A stretch of 64,000 bases of DNA from assembly GCA_054600435.1 (NCBI GenBank), contig BAAIJX010000009.1:1-64000 (forward strand), in the 5' to 3' direction. Position numbers and translations under genes: made by a program. The stretch is from Neophaeotheca triangularis (lineage: Eukaryota). Of this stretch, positions 49,378-62,628 are shown one piece after another; within the stretch, counting starts at the first letter, position 1; each line of letters begins with the position of its first letter. A model generated the notes under the pieces. That model saw only the letters and a program-made list of their open reading frames with translations, ran no database searches and was not told where the DNA came from.

Positions 49378-51576
49378 TCAATTCGAAAAAGGCCTAACAG
49401 CAAACTGGCGATTGTCCTCGGGCCTCCCAGGCTCCGGCACACCCAGCTCCCTCTCCTGAAACAACGGCATAACGTAAAAAGCCAACTTCTCCTCATCGAC
49501 CTTATCCTCCAGCTGCCCCTGACTCCATCCGTTCCCCAACCAAGCCATCTGATTAACCCGCCTCTTCCCTTGCCCGCCATGCCCATGCCCCTCAACCTCG
49601 GCATTCGTAGGCCAATAGCTGTAAACATAGTCCTCCCACCGCGGCGACCTCGCAGCCTCAAGATAATGCATGCAGCTGCCCGGCCACAAGCCCGTGACGA
49701 CGTCGCCACTCTCCCCGCGCCCGTTTTTGCGGTACCAGCTCTTACAATCGTCCATGAACACCGTGCCTCGGAAGTAAGCATCCGTGTACTCCATGAAGTC
49801 CTCGACGCGCTCGGGCTTGACGACCATGGATTTGATGTTTTCCTTTTGCAGTTTGCGGATCGCTTTGACGATGTAGCTGCCGGTGCTTTCAATCATCATG
49901 GTCAGGCTGCCTTCGCCGATGGCGCCGTTGGGGCCTAGCATCATGAAGTGGTTGGGGATATTGTCGACTGCGAAGGACATGTAGTTTGTGGCCCGCTCGC
50001 GCCATTGGTGTTGCAGGCTGTGGCCCGTGGAGGTTGTGATGGGGAAGGGTGGGGCGGCCGAGGCGTGGAAGCCCGTGGCGCAGACGAGGATGTCCAGCTC
50101 GTGAAGTTTGCCGTCGGCCGTCTGGATACCTTGAGGGGTGACGCGGGTGATTTCATCGCGGACAAAGTCGACGTTGTCTTCGACAAGGGCTTCTAGGAAG
50201 CCCGGGCCGGGTGTCAGGCGTCTGCAGCCCGGGGCGAAGGAGGGTTGGAGGAAGTCCATGTATTCGGGTTTCTTCTTAAGCCGTTCACGCATGCCATCCT
50301 CGAACATTTTCTTCGCGCCCTTTTGCATCTCGGTCCCCTTGAGAGTCACCCCGTGGATGTTGTTTGCGTCGGCTTCGAGTTTCAATCGGAAATCATACCA
50401 AGCTTGAGGGTCTTGGGCGAACTTCTTGATTTGCTCTGCGCTGAACTCGATGCCTTCTAGACCCATTTCGTCCTGGATACGCTGCGAGAATGGGGGCGAT
50501 ATCCAGGTCCTAGATCTGATGAAGCAAGACAGCTGCGTTCCTTGGACTTGCTGTAGCTTGGGAACGATTTGGATGGCGCTGCTCCCGGAACCAATGACGC
50601 CAATGCGTTTGTTCTTGAAATCCACCGAGTCGTTCCATTCCGCACTGTGCATGACATCTCCAGCGAAGCTATTCAGACCATCGATCTGGGGCCAAGCTTT
50701 GGTGTTGAGGTTTCCTCTGGCGGAAATGAGCACGTCGCCAACGTCCTCGAAAACCGTCCCATCGGGCTGCTTGACTTTGATATGCCATTTCCCCTCGCCT
50801 TCCTCCCATCTGCAGTCCAACACCTCATGCTCCAACTTGATAAATCGGTCCGCTCCGTACTTCTTCGCCGAGCCCTCGATGTAGTCACGAATTTCCCAAG
50901 ACGGCGCATACAGCGCACTCCAGTCATGTTTGGGGTTGAAACCTAGAAAGTCACTATCAGCACAATCACCCACTCCTGAACCACCCTATCGAAACCTACT
51001 AAACCTGCAAACCAAGTTAGCAAGAACCCACGCCCCACTGCGTCAAGAGTAACACTCACTGATAAGAATGACTAGCAATATCACAAGCCGCGCCGGGATA
51101 TCGATTTTCATACCTAACAAAAAAACCAATCAGCACCACGTCCTCGAACAACTAGATTCCAGAGCCTGGACGACAACCCCGAAAGCGGACGGAATACAAA
51201 CTCACCAAGTCCCCCCAACCCCCCTATTCTTCTCATAAACCACCAGCTCGCAATTCCGCAACCTCTCGGGAATCCTAATTCCCAAATACACGCCACTGTA
51301 ACCAGCCCCGATGACCACGACCCGCAGTTTCCGCTGATTTTCCACTGGCTCGTCGTACAGTTTCCATCCCGGTGGCGAGGTCTTGGTCTCAGAAGTTGGT
51401 GCTGCGCCGTTTTGCTGGATGGCCGGACCGTTTTGAGTCGGCGGCGAGGCGGTGTTTTCGATGTGTTGGGATTGCTGGGCTGAGGCTTTTTGGTGGTGGA
51501 GGTGCTGGTGGGCTTCGGTAGTGGGGAGGTCGTGGGTGCGGGTGAGGGTTTCGGGGATGTTGGGGATGGCTGACAT
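49378..51576 (-). CDS. Flavin-containing monooxygenase (FMO/BVMO family); introns 51114-51205, 51005-51059, 50943-50999
   Basis: VVVIGAGYSG, GGTWYENRYPGAACDIASHSYQ, FAGDVMHSAEW fingerprint, VIGSGSSAIQ, CRRLTPG, CATGF. Confidence 0.93.
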
Positions 51577-52453
51577 GGTTTTGGGAGGTTGTTGGGGTGG
51601 GGGGACGGGTTTGATGAGTGGATGGTGAGGGGTCTTGATTTAATGGTACTGTTGCTAGAGAGGGTTGGGGGAATGGGAGGGTTGAGGAGGGAAGCTAGCA
51701 GACAAGAGGAGAAGGTGGAGAATGGGGAGAGGTCTGGGGATTGATATGGCTCGACTGGAATCGAAATGAGAGGGGAACAGGGTACTTGTAACCGCTCTCG
51801 TACCCACGATAACAATAGTCTCTACCTGGATGTCCGGTAAATGCCCCAGATTCGCGATCACGGCACATAGCAAATGTGGGTCTCGTGCGTAGGCAGGACA
51901 GGCGTGGGAGATGGTTGGTGTTTGAGTGGTATGTAGTAAGTACCTAGCACTAGCCAGAGGTACATACATACCTTACATAGGCATCTGGGTAGTAGGCGAC
52001 TTCGCTTCGCTGGCAAATGGAGTCGGCATATTGGGGTACTCACATCTGCCGGTGCAACTTGATATCTGGCCTGATGGCCGGCAGCTTTTCTAGGCAGGGC
52101 AGGGCAGGGCAGAGCAGAGCAGACGAACGTGAGGTCGGCCAGGGACGGTAGCTTTCGTGTGGGGAAAAAAAGCGGAGATTGCTGGGGTAGAGAGCGGAGT
52201 TTAAACGGGCGACTACGATTCGGTCGGAGGGTGTGATAACACTAGGAAGTCATACGCAAGCAGAGGTGGTTGACACGAACGGCATGCATGCTACGGCCGC
52301 AACGGCGCTCCTTTATTGGGAACCTGTGATATCGCCTGTCCGAGTCACAAGTATCCAGCGCCTTCCCTGAAACCAGCACAGCAGCCATAACGCCAGTCGC
52401 TCTATATATGTCATCGTCATCGAAAGTCGTAGTAATGATAGCAGTGACACGCT

Positions 52454-54743
52454 TCACAAAACCTCGCCCTCCGCATCCGCGCTACCACCTCTGTCATCAA
52501 TCTGGGCGACCTCTACGTCCATTTCGAGCGGCGGGTCGAAGCGGATAGCAGCGATCTTTTGGCGGCTCATGTATTAGCGGTCTAGCAACCAAGTGTGGCG
52601 AGGTATTGAGCACTCTTACCATCTTCTGGCCGGCATAAGCCAACCACTTGCCATCGGCACTCCACGTCAGCTGCGGCTCAACGACGCTATCCATACCAGT
52701 CTCTTCATCTGCGTTGGTGCCGTCTTCGAAGCCGCTGTCAGCGCTGTTGGTGTCGCTAAACATGGTGGAAATAAAGTCGGCGTTACCGTCGGTTCCTTTA
52801 ATGGGAATGGGGCTTGGCTCCCAGTTTGCAATCGGCTGTGCTTTTTCGCCAGCTGCTGGGAAAATTTGTAAGTCGAAGACGAGGACTTGCATGCTGCCTC
52901 CGAGTGCGAGATATCGGCCGTCGGGGCTCCAGGCGGCGGCAAGTGCTTGGCCGAAGGAGAGCTCGACCTCTGTAGATGAGTACTTGACGGGCGGGTCCGC
53001 TGAGCCATTGCCTCGCTCAATGTCGAGGATGACGCAACGTCCGGCCAACAAAGATACAGCCACGAGCGAGTGTGTTCCAGCGCCAGCAGAGGCTTCCGAC
53101 CGGGGCTGGTTAATAGCTAATGCGGTGATTTGATCGGTGAAGTCAAGCTTGACGTCGAAAGGAAGATCCTGCGTCTTGGCAACAGCTTCAGTGTCCACAG
53201 CCAGAAGCGCGAGAACGCTTTTCTTTTGGTCTTCAGCGACAGACTTGAAGCCAGTACAAGCGACAATCCCAGTCCTTTTATCGCAAGATATGTGGTTGAA
53301 ATCGAGAACGGGCTCGCCATTCTTGGGATCATCGCGCAGTGAAAAGTCTTGCATGCCTTCGATGGTGCCATCCACGAGCGTGCTGCTCTCAGTGGAGAGG
53401 TCAATCTTTATCAGGCGGATCAGACCATTCGTACCACATACAAACAGGGCGCCGCTAACAGACCAGGCCATGCCAAGCACATGATGGAAGAAGAAGCTCC
53501 GGCCACAGACAGGATATGACGACTGCTCGGCGATTTCGGTACCAGCCTGAAATATGACTACTTTGCTGCCGCTATTGGAAACTCTTTTCACAGTGCTCAG
53601 ATACTCACCATCTGTGCTGTAGGCCATGTGCGTGATTACACCTGGCGGGTCGAGCCTTGCATCGCTGTTGCGCATGTAAAGTCGGTGTGGAGATTCGCCG
53701 GGGCGGACGTCGTGAAGTTGGGAGTGAATATGCTGCAAAGACTCATTCGCGTGTGATGCGACGGTGAAGTACTCGCCGCTTGGATGCCAAGCCACAGCAG
53801 AGACATCTCTGTCAATCGCGAGAAAGTCGTCCGCGATACTCCTGATCTCTTTAATGAAAGTACCATCGTCTTTCGGGTTAACGGCATCATGGAGAGTCTG
53901 AACCTTGCACAACGCCTCGCCGGCTGTAAGTAGAGTGTTGACTTTGCTGGGGGAAGGGTCGGGATTCCAAGACGCGTATGAAACCACCTCTTGCGGCCCA
54001 TCAACCGACCAGGCTAGCGTTTCAATTTTACGCTGGGGCTGACGAGAGATAGTCTGAGTCGCTGCATTCTCAGCATCGTAGGTTTCGACGGTCTGCTCGG
54101 CTTTACTGGGGCCTGCGTCTTCTGTTGTTGGTGTTTCAGCTTCTGCCATCTCGGTGTCCCCTGTCTCGGTATGTCCAGAAGCATCGTCAGCCCGTGCACC
54201 GTTGCTCTGCTGATGATCATTGGGTTTCTTGATCTTCTTCGAGAGTTGTGACATGACAGTGTCGCTAGAGAGATTCGAGGCCGACGTAACAACAGGCGTT
54301 TGTGCTATTTCAAGCCTGGCTCTGCTTGCAGCGGCTTGTTCTCTTCTGTACAGTGCCTCATCTTTCTCTCTAATCTGAGCGGCTGCCGGGTGTGGTGGAA
54401 GACGGCCAGGGATCTGTGCCTCGGGCGTCGAAATCAAGTGCCTCCTGCCACGCGGTTGGCCTGCTTTGGGGCCCGAGGTGAAGAGGCATTTGCCACGCAT
54501 CTCATCATAGGCCAATCCATCAAGCATGAGCTGTGTCAATGCACCGGGCTGAACGACAGGCGCAAAGGGGAGTTCCTCGGGATTGGACAGCTTATTAGGG
54601 AGCTCCCAGTCCTTGACGAATGTTTTCGCAGTCGACTCGAACCCTTGTTCTTGGAGGTAACGGAAGAGCAGGTAGTTAATGTGAGTGGTGCGCAGGCGCT
54701 CCCGATCCGATTTGGTCGTGTTGGGCCGATCCTGGTTGGACAT
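52454..54743 (-). CDS. LisH + WD40 protein, divergent SIF2/TBL1-like; intron 52556-52619
   Basis: LisH-like HINYLLFRYLQEQGFESTA..F, VQPGALTQLMLDGL. WD-like ends ASWNP, VAWHPSG, AWSPDGRYLA, TWSADGKWLAYA. Confidence 0.75.
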
Positions 54744-55912
54744 GGTGGGCGGGTGGTGGCGAGATGAAGCAGCGTAAAAGGTGGCGATACTTTCGAAGTG
54801 AAGACGAGTAGGATGGGGTTACAGTAGCCCGCAGACCGTGTGTTGGACCGATTAGTTCCAGTGTAGTCAGAGCAGTGCTGAAGACGGCTGTAAAGTTGCA
54901 GCTATGTTGTATCGCAGCTGAGAGCTCGGGTATGCCAAGAGAAGACAGCGCAGGCTGCAATCGATCCCGGTCGAGGTTTGATCTAGAGATTACTTGCTTG
55001 ACGTCTACGGAGTCGCTACGCTGCTTGCCATTTCGTCACACAGGAGCAGGGAGGATGAAGGTGTGGTATGCCCTGGATCTTGACTGCAAGGAGAAACGCC
55101 AGGAGGAGAGCACAATGAGGTTTCTGACTTGATGTAGGCGCTGCAATCAAATCCCAAGACCTCTTAAAGTCTTCTTCCGATCGAGGTACAGTCAAGATAC
55201 GTTGTCGAGCCGTTGACGCGCCTGCAATGAGATATTCACTGAAGGTGGAGGCGAACTGGGAGGGATGACAATGGGGAAATTCAAGGCCAGTCACTCAAGG
55301 CGTGCTCCAGAGTTGTTTTGATGGTACAGGTTAGTCGCAGGATTCGTGTCCGGTGCACCGATGGAAGCGGGTAGCCAGACAAGGCGTTGTTGATGTGGCG
55401 CCTAGAGCAGAAGCAGAAGTTCAAGCAAGTGAAGATTCGGGGTGAAGCCTGGGTTTCGGACGCGCCAAGACAGGGAGATGGGATATCGCGTTGACTCAAT
55501 GTCAGTGGTCGGGGGAGGTGGTGATGTTTCAGAGGTGAAGGTGAAGGTGAAGGTGAAGGCGAAGATTGATGACGGCAGTCTTCAGAAGGAGAGAACGGGC
55601 AGATGCAGATGCAGTCGCAAAGTTCCTCGCGAGCGACATGCGGGAGCATTCGCGCTAGTACAGTACGTCGGCTAGCGTGGGCACATCTCCGGCGGCCAGC
55701 CCGAACCGCCCCCAGATCTCGGACTCGGATTCGGATTCGGACTCGGACTTAAAGATAGGTACCTAGGTACCTTACCTGGGTAGGACCTGACCTTGACAAA
55801 ACGTCACTTCAACACTTGGCGAAACGTGACCATCAATAACAACAACAACAACAACATCATCATATAATGTTGACGTTATAACCACGGTGGAGACACCCAG
55901 ATCGAGCGCCAT

Positions 55913-57120
55913 ATGCCTTCTGCTCGCTTTAATCTCCCGCCTTTCACACGGGGCCTACTATTCGCCCTCCTTTTCCTCTCCGCCGTCAATGCCGTCCTCC
56001 GCTATCGCGTCTGGGCCGCAACCAACACGCCCAGTTCCAGCTACCTCTCACATCCCAACCTCGCGGTCCCATGGCTCGTTCTAGTCCCCGCGAGATCCTG
56101 GGTTTTCCCCTGGACCGTCGGCACCGCAGCCCTAATCGAGCAAAACATCGTAAGCCTAGGCATCAGCGCCGTAGTCGTCTGGTTCGGTGGGAAATACCTC
56201 GAACGTGCCTGGGGTAGCAGAGAATTCGGCGTCTTTGTGCTGTTTGTAACCATGATCCCCAATCTTCTAACCTTCTCCCTCTACGCACTCTGGCATAACC
56301 TTCTAGCCAGCAAACCAGCCTAGTAAGCACCCTCCCCCCCTTTCGACCCAGACTCCTCTCCACGAGCAGCCTACTAACACTCCCCTACAGCCCAACCCCC
56401 ATTAACGGCCTCCTCCCCCTCCACGCCGCCTTCCTCGTAGCCCTCAAGCAGCTCGTCCCCGAACACACCGTCTCTCTCTTCAGCAACAGCGTGCGCATCC
56501 GCCTCAAACACTTCCCAGCAATCTTCCTACTCGCCAACGTGCTCTCGGGCCCCATCCTCGGCACCGACACAGCCGTGTGGCTCTCGCTCTTCGGCTTTTT
56601 CACCGGCTGGCTCTACCTCCGCTTCTACCGCGTGACGGAACTGTCCTCGACGGCCGCGACGGGAGGCGAGGGCGATAGCGTCAAAATGCGCGGCGACGCG
56701 AGCGATACTTTTGCTTTTGTCGCGTTTTGGCCCGAGGTCGTGCAGCCTTTTATGCGGCCTGTGTGTGATGCGGTATATGAGATCATGGTGCAGGTGCGGG
56801 TGTGTACGCCGTTTTCAAGCGAGGCGGTCGAGGCGGGGAATGAGAATGCGGCTACGAGGTCCCAGGGAGGGTTGCCAACTTTAGGTGGTGGAGGAGGTGG
56901 TGGCGGTGGAGGAGCTAAGAGGGCGGAGGCAGAGAGGAGGAGGGCGCTCGCTCTTAAGGCACTGGAGCAGAGGCTGAATGCTGGTGCTGGCGCCGGGGCT
57001 GGAGGCCAGAAGGCGCCGCAAGCTGCCACTGCGGACACGTCTTCCAATGGAGATGCGCAAGAGACGCAGGCGGGTGCTGCCGAGAGCGCTGAAGGCGAGG
57101 CAAAGGGAAATCAGGACTAA
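55913..57120 (+). CDS. TMEM115/DUF1751 rhomboid-like membrane protein; intron 56323-56390
   Basis: FGGKYLERAWGSREF, LVALKQLVPEHTV, WLYLRFY, RGDASDTFAFVAFWP, AERRRALALKALEQRL. Confidence 0.92.
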
Positions 57121-57931
57121 ACCAAGGGGCAAAGGTCTTCGCTATGCGCGCATGATACCATACTTGTTTTGTTGTAAGAGCTGTTCAGGAACCACTGTAC
57201 GTTCAAGCCAGCACATCGCAATAATCGCGTCTCCAGCGGAATCGTTCGGCCAAATGAGCCCAATTAAGCGGCTACATGTACGGGTTCAACTCATCAAATC
57301 CCTCCCAAAAACCACCGCAAAACCAAAACCAAAACAATACAGAAGCCAGACCCAGCACACCAGCACATAAAATCACAAAAATAATGGCATTTTCCCATCC
57401 TATACGGTATCGACGGTGTTACAAAAAGACCCCTCCTCTTCCTTAACACCAACCAACCAAACAACCGACCAACCAACCCACCCACCCCATCAACCATCCC
57501 ACGCCCACGCCCACCAAAAAGTCCGCCGCGCGAAGACACAAAACGCCGTCTTGACCCCAGCCGGCATTACGAACTACTTGTAGAGAGCCTTCCCGTGTGT
57601 CTGGACTCGTCCAACGGGAAAGTAAACGTCGCGTCTGAGAACGCGCGGCAAGAAAGCAGAAGCGAGACCATCGGAAGCGTGATCATCTCTCAACGCCGCG
57701 CTCGTGGAACAGTTTTGGAACGGACGCGTCCGAGTGGGAGGGGTGTATTGAAGAGGAAGCAGCACGCCGGCACGCGTTGGCAGAGTAGGTGCGGCCACTC
57801 CGATGGGCAAAAACGCCTTGGGACGCCCAGCAACGTCGCAACAAATCAGAATATCCAAGACTGTCACCCGCCCGACTTTTTCATTCCGATCCCGTCCAAT
57901 TATACATGCTTTTTTTTTTCCTTCCCCAATA

Positions 57932-60900
57932 CTAAGCGGTAGGCTTCCCCTTCTTGCCCATTCTCGGACTCGGCTTAACGCGGTTCTGCGGGCCCCCCTG
58001 AGGCTGGCCCTGTGCGTTGCCCATGTCTCCGCCCCCTTCGTCCCCTTCCAGCTTGACAGTGCTCCGTCTCCTCTTGTTGTTGTTGTTGACTTGCGGGCTC
58101 GTGTTTGCGCTCGCCGCGGAGGAGTTGGTGCCTTGTTGGCTATGTTGCAATTGCATCGGGGGCGCCATGAGCGGCATGTGAGGCGATGGCGTGCCGGAAT
58201 TGGGATTGGGGTTGCCGCCTGGTGCGAGGTTCGAGCCGACGTGGGGGGAGCCGTTGATGTTACTGTTGGGGAGCTGAGTGTTGGGGAAAGAGGGGGAGGA
58301 GAATTGGCCTTGTCGCTGGTTCGGGTTGCTGGAGGGAGGGCCACCTTGCATACCATTGGGCGGGAGCAGGATCTGTGGGTTGCCGTCCGCTTGCTGTTGT
58401 TGCTGCTGCTGTTGCTGCTGATGGCCCATGACGCCGCCTTGAGTGTCGTATAGCGTGACCAGAGCTTCCATGGCTTGGTCGGGCCGCATGTTCGGGTTGT
58501 CGCGAGCAAAGAAGATCGAGTCGGACATGACGTTGAAGGTCTCGGCAACCTACGGAGCCCAGTCAGCCGTGTTACTGAACCAATCTGGGAACTCTGTACT
58601 CATGTCCATGCTGTCCATGTCCATGCCCATGTCCAAATTCATGTCCAAGCCGGCAGAAGGCAGTCCGACTTCTTCCGACGGCGCAGGTACTGGCATGGGC
58701 ATTGGAAGCGCAGCCTGCGTGTTGGGCATAGACATGGGTGCTTGCGTGGAAGCAGCAGCGGGAGAAGGAGCTTGTGGAGCTTGTGGAGCTTGTGCGGGTG
58801 CGGATACGGGTGCGGGTGATTTAGGGTCGCATACCTCGAGGAACTCCTGGACCCTTTGTGTGATTCCCATGGACGTTATGGGCGCCTTTGGGAAGTGGTC
58901 GATGGTGAGACTGGCGAGCTGGTCCTGGAGTTTCTGCTGCGCTTTGGGAACGTTCTTCTTGTTCATCTTGGGGCTCTTCGTATTGGCCGTCGGGGGTGAC
59001 CAGTTGCTCAGCACTCTTTCAATCTCAGATCGTGATATCTTCTCTTCTATGCTGGATGTGCGGAACTCTAGGACCTCTATCATGTCCGAAGCTGGGGGAA
59101 AGTGCACACTTAAAGACCCTGTCATCTCCAGTGCAACGCCTTGAGGGTATGTGATGGTGAATAGCGCAGTTGAGCACATGACCTGATGGCGGCCAAAAGG
59201 CAACGGATTGTCTTGAACGTTCTCTGTGTGCAATCTAATGGAGATCGCTCCACTCTCGAAGAAAGTCCAAAAGTATCGTGCGAGATGGTGGTGCTTGATC
59301 TCGAACTGCTTGGAACGCTTCTCGTCGCCGTCCAGCAGGTGGTGCAGAAATCGTCCATCGGGGCTTGCAAAATGTCGGTCCACGAAACTATTCCATTGCT
59401 CAATGTCCTTGCCACTGGTCGAATTGTACTGACTAAGCTGGTCGCCGAAGAGCATCAACTTGAGAATGAATGCACCAGGAGGCTGCTGAACCTGTTGCTG
59501 AACCTGCTGTTGCTGTTGCTGCTGCGCCTGCTGCTGCTGCTGCTGTTGCTGGGCCATTTGCATTCGTTGTATGTTCTGGTTGTTCTGCTGCTGTTGTTGC
59601 TGCCTGTGCTGCTGCATAAACGCCATGCGCATTTGCTGCTGCTGCTGCTGCTGCTGAGGTGTCAAGCTGTTTTGCTGCTGTTGCGGTGTCATGGCCTGCT
59701 GCTGCTGTCCAGAATGCTGGTTCATTTGGGGCCCTTGAGAATGTTGTTGCTGGGGTGTGCCTTGCTGGCTGCCCTGTGAAGGGTGCTGTTGGCCATTTTG
59801 ACCCTGTTCATGAGGATTCGCCATTCTTGATTGGGGCCGCATCTGCCCAGGAGCGCCGGACTGGCCTTGCTGATTGGGACCCCCTGGATGGCTTTGGTTG
59901 GACTGCTGTGAGTTGGCCTGCTGCATGGCGAGCTGCTGCTGAAGTGCTTGCTGCTGCTGTTGGTGCTGCTGGCTTTGATGTTGCTGTTGCCGTTGCTGTT
60001 GTTGCAACTGCATCTGCTGTTGCATGAGATGCGGTGGGAGCTGCACTCCAGGTCCTCCGGCGTGAAAGTTGGGGTTGTTCTGGAACTGCTGCATCTGCTG
60101 CGCATTCATCATGTTGGGGTTCTGCATACCCATCATACCATTTTGTGCCATCTGTTGCCTTTGCTGCTGCTGCATTCGTAGTTGTTGCATCTGCAAGGCG
60201 TGTTGCTGCTGTGGATTTCCCTGCACTTGATATTGCGAAAACAACTCGTTAGCTAATGGTCTAGTACAGCGGTGATTCGTAGTCAAGCCAGCATCACGAA
60301 GAAATGCATCAAATCGCGTGCGCATGCGCAGTCTCCCCGCATCTTCAGTCATGCCCGCAATCTCCCAGCGTGTCCCTTGGATGCTGGACCACCAGAGGCT
60401 GAGAACGCAAGCACCGCCGTAATTCCTAACTGCGTCCATTCCTGATCGCTTCGATTGCTTCTTGCCAGTGGCGGAGCTCCAACCCTTCGGCGAGATAATC
60501 TTGCTGCATGACTGAAATGCGCGCGCCTGACCCTGGCTAGATGGAATCGGGACGGACACGCACCCAAGTCGCGTAGAGGCTTTGGTGGACATGAAGCGGG
60601 TCGCGAAGCGCGCGAGCTGACGTCGCGCAGTGCGAGTTTCAAGACGCAACTGCGATAGGATAAGAAGGAAAGGGTAAACTTACTTTGTGCCATTTGTTGT
60701 TGCTGTTGCATCGCCATTGCCGCTTGTGGATTCATATGGCTCAGCGCCTGCGGGTTGGGAGTGCCCCCGGCCATGCTCTGCCCACCCATGTTCTGTGCCG
60801 GCATTCCACCCATAGCTCCGCTTTGCTGCTGAGGATGTTGCCCGCCCATGCCTTGAGGACCCATGCCATTGGCACCAGGCTGCATGCCCATCATTGCTCC

Positions 60901-61038
60901 AGCTTGGGTGACGTGCGGACCGCCGGGTCCTGAAGCGCCAGGGTGCATCTGCATTTGTTGCGGCATCTGATTCGGAGTCGGGGCCATTCCAGGGTGGCCA
61001 TGTGGCATTCCTGGCTGGGGTTGGTAGGTCGTGGCCAT
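57932..61038 (-). CDS. MFG1: Gln-rich LIM-domain-binding (LDB/SEUSS-like) transcriptional co-regulator, Mfg1/PtaB type; introns 60226-60683 and 58550-58834
   Basis: Poly-Q/M N-terminus. LDB-type core WNSFVDRHF..KQFEI..LARYFWTFFESG..IEVLEF; GITQRVQEFLE-VAETFNVMS after splicing; C-terminal SPQVNNNNKRRRST basic motif. Confidence 0.85.
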
Positions 61039-61228
61039 GATAGACGCAGCAAGTCGCGAAAGAAGTCGTCGGTCGGGCTTATGTCAGCGATGCATAGGTC
61101 AGGCGGCGTGGGCAACCTAAGGCAGGACAAGACAGGGCAAGGCAAGGCAAGGCGAGACGGGAAGTGTGGCACGCGTGATGAGCGGTCCCAAGCGTTCGTG
61201 CCGTCCAGCAGCGCAGACGGTAGAGGGC

Positions 61229-61261
<33 letters not shown>

Positions 61262-61747
61262 TCAGGTACGGACGAATCCGGGGGCTGTACTGGGTAATGG
61301 ATACTAGGGAGTCGTTGAGGAGTGGGGGGGGGAGAGAAGGGAGGGCTGGCCAAATAGACAGACCGACGGCGCATACACAGTGACTGTCGCAAAAGAAGCG
61401 CTTGGTATTGGACAAGTGAGGAGGGACGGCGGGTAGGTAAGTAAGGTAGGTAGGTAGGTATAATGAAGAACGAACCCAAGACGAGAGTCGTCCCTCTATC
61501 GCAGCTTGGTGAGGGGAGAGTGGAGGGTAAGGTAAGGTAATGGGCGCGGAGAGCGAAGCCACTTGCGACAACGCGCTCGATGCTCTCGACTCTCGAGAAA
61601 GAGCTGGATTCGCCCGAGGTTTGGGCGAGATAACACACTCTCACGGCACGGTTTCAGACGGACATGGACATACTACTAGTACATACATATTGGCGGAGCT
61701 TGTAGCTTGGCAAGTTAAAAGTAAGAGCGTGTTTGTCCGAAGTAGAT

Positions 61748-61770
61748 GATAATAATAATAATAATAATAA
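61748..61770. repeat. (TAA)n trinucleotide microsatellite
   Basis: Directly visible. Confidence 0.85.
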
Positions 61771-62507
61771 TGATAATTACAGGGAGACAACGGAGAGGGC
61801 GGAGGGGCTGGGAAAGGTCTCGGCTGGAAGGCTCGAAGCCACCCACCTACATCCGGGATACCGTATCCCACTGTAACTTATTACATATGTGGAATTGGAA
61901 GCAACCTGGAACCTTAGCTAGGTATGGAAGGTGGAGGTAACGTGAGGTAAGGTAACGTAGAGCTGGCGATGAGGAGAGACATGGCACGTGACATGGGAAA
62001 CCACGTACCTGCTGTACACTGGAGTGTACCTAGGTGGGTAGGTGTAGGTATGTATTAATAACCTGCAAAGCCCGTCGCCGCCGACGACACTACCTACACT
62101 TTACTACTACTGGCGAGACAACCTGACAGTAGTAGTACCTACCGGTACCTAAGGCTTATCTACCTTACCTACCTGGTATAAGTAAGTAAGTACTACTGAC
62201 TGCCAACTGGCACCCGGTGGAGGGAGCCCGGTGGGGCTTCCACAAATGTAATCACGTGATAAGGAAGGTACTGATGCCGGAAGAGCTGTGGCCAGCTCAA
62301 AGTCTTGGCGCGTATCTTTTCTACAAAGCCCGATCGGCTTGGAGCTTCCAACTTTCTCTTCACCATCAACACCACCAACAACACCACGTCTCACGCAACT
62401 CGATAGCTCCACCAGGGAGCTTGAACGCGGGCTCCTACACACGACATGTAGGCATTCACAGGTAAGTCCTATTCACCGCGCTCATCCACCCAGCACCACC
62501 ACCTCTT

Positions 62508-62628
62508 GAAAGATGACAATCACATAATCATGTCTTCTTTTCCCAACTGAGTCGACCTTGAAGAAATCAGCCTTTCCGTCCACCTTCGCACGGTGGATGT
62601 AATACTTGCCAGTAGCTTTGTCTGACAT
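62508..62628 (+). ncRNA. snR190: Probable box C/D snoRNA snR190 homolog, intronic
   Basis: C-like AAGATGA (62510-62516, one mismatch). Guide GTCTTCTTTTCCC (62532-62544) is complementary, with one G-U, to conserved LSU rRNA GGGGAAAGAAGAC. D' CTGA 62547, C' TGAAGA 62559, D CTGA 62622. It lies upstream of U14, as in the yeast snR190-U14 pair. Confidence 0.7.

Noticed and set aside
55721..55749. Short tandem repeats (GGAYTC)n, (GGTGAA)n at about 55533-55563, (AGCTC)n at about 28492-28524
   Set aside because: Ordinary microsatellites with no spacers or terminal repeats; not CRISPR-like or transposon ends.
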